DNA from: Bdellovibrionales bacterium
GTDB lineage: Bacteria > Bdellovibrionota > Bdellovibrionia > Bdellovibrionales > UBA1609
Assembly: GCA_050246815.1 (NCBI GenBank)
Contig: JBFWVI010000043.1
Coordinates: forward strand, 1 to 24,785
Length of the DNA stretch: 24,785 nt
Direction of reading: 5' to 3'
Part shown: in pieces, positions 24,025 through 24,785 of the stretch
How positions within the stretch are numbered: position 1 is the stretch's first letter
Layout of the letters: each line of letters opens with the position of its first letter
Notes under the pieces: generated by a model
The model's database searches: none
What the model was told of the DNA's origin: nothing
Seen by the model: the letters and a program-made list of their open reading frames with translations, nothing else
Program-made: the position numbers and the translations under genes

Positions 24025-24785
24025 ATGAGTAAAATCATTGGTATCGATTTAGGAACGACCAACTCGGTGGTCGCAATTATGGAAGGTGGCGAGCCCAAAG
24101 TGTTAGTCAACGAAGAAGGTGGTCGCACGACCCCCTCGATTGTGGCGTACACCAAAGATGGCGATCGTCTGGTGGGTCAAATCGCCAAACGCCAAGCGGT
24201 CACCAACCCCGAAAACACGATTTATTCGGCGAAGCGTTTTATCGGCCGCCGTTTTGACGAGGTTCAAAAAGAGGCCGAACTGGTGCCTTATAAAGTAGTG
24301 AAAAAAGGCAATCAGGATTCGGCCTTCCAAGTGCAGGGCAACACGGCCTCGCCTGAGGAAATTTCGGCTGCTATCTTAGGCAAGCTCAAGAAAGTGGCCG
24401 AGGACTATTTGGGTCATGAAGTGACAGAGGCCGTAATCACGGTTCCGGCTTACTTCAACGATGCCCAACGCCAAGCCACTAAAGACGCCGGCCGCATTGC
24501 GGGTCTGGATGTGAAACGAATCATCAACGAGCCGACCGCGGCCGCATTGGCCTACGGATTGGACAAGAAAAAAGATCAAACCATCGCGATCTACGATTTC
24601 GGGGGCGGTACTTTTGATATTTCCGTCCTGGAAGTGGGCGATAATGTGGTCGAAGTCAAAGCCACCAATGGTGACACTCACCTGGGCGGTGACAACTTTG
24701 ACCAAACGATCTTGGTGTGGATGATCGACGAATTCAAAAAAGACCAGGGCATCGACCTTAAAAACGACAAAATGGCTTTGCAGCG
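24025..24785 (+). CDS. dnaK: Chaperone protein DnaK (Hsp70), 3'-truncated by the window edge
   Basis: [81 protein letters not shown]. Absent from the ORF track because it has no stop in the window. Confidence 0.98.
   Translation, partial: MSKIIGIDLGTTNSVVAIMEGGEPKVLVNEEGGRTTPSIVAYTKDGDRLVGQIAKRQAVTNPENTIYSAKRFIGRRFDEVQKEAELVPYKVVKKGNQDSAFQVQGNTASPEEISAAILGKLKKVAEDYLGHEVTEAVITVPAYFNDAQRQATKDAGRIAGLDVKRIINEPTAAALAYGLDKKKDQTIAIYDFGGGTFDISVLEVGDNVVEVKATNGDTHLGGDNFDQTILVWMIDEFKKDQGIDLKNDKMALQ

Noticed and set aside
24103..24705. Minus-strand ORFs opposite dnaK (and 22793-23722 opposite dnaJ)
   Set aside because: These are the familiar antisense open frames produced by codon bias in chaperone genes.
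1..24785. CRISPR arrays, tRNA/rRNA genes, IS or prophage genes
   Set aside because: No regularly spaced repeats, cloverleaf or rRNA signatures, or mobility genes were seen. Intergenic gaps are about 330 nt or less.

Overview
A chromosomal window of roughly 50% GC. It probably comes from a Bdellovibrionota-like predatory bacterium; this is an inference from FQNC/FNNC lipoboxes, a deltaproteobacterial-type pilA-pilG pair and a stand-alone LuxR protein. Housekeeping genes are mutS (3' end), glnD, a LuxR-type HTH regulator, an acyl-CoA thioesterase, clpS-clpA, pilA with a PilG-like gene, a fused membrane/spermidine-synthase-like protein, dnaJ and dnaK (5' part). Two accessory items stand out. (1) A six-gene minus-strand operon (12273 to 4839) behind a sigma54-type promoter. 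It encodes a Sec-exported monoheme c-type cytochrome, a lipoprotein, a Tat-exported DUF1501-like protein with a very long leader, two diheme c-type lipoproteins, and a cytoplasmic methyltransferase with Trm112-like, carnosine-N-methyltransferase-like (N2227) and PqqD/RRE-like domains. (2) A ClpA-like double-AAA+ protein with an apparent signal peptide, no D2 GYVG pore loop and an MGF ClpP-docking-like loop. Regulatory signals seen directly are a shared motif before dnaJ and dnaK, a recurring GTYTCA-N3-TGARAC palindrome, and an attenuator-like four-segment RNA before the thioesterase. No rRNA, tRNA, CRISPR array or mobile element was found. All family assignments come from motif recognition by eye, not database searches.
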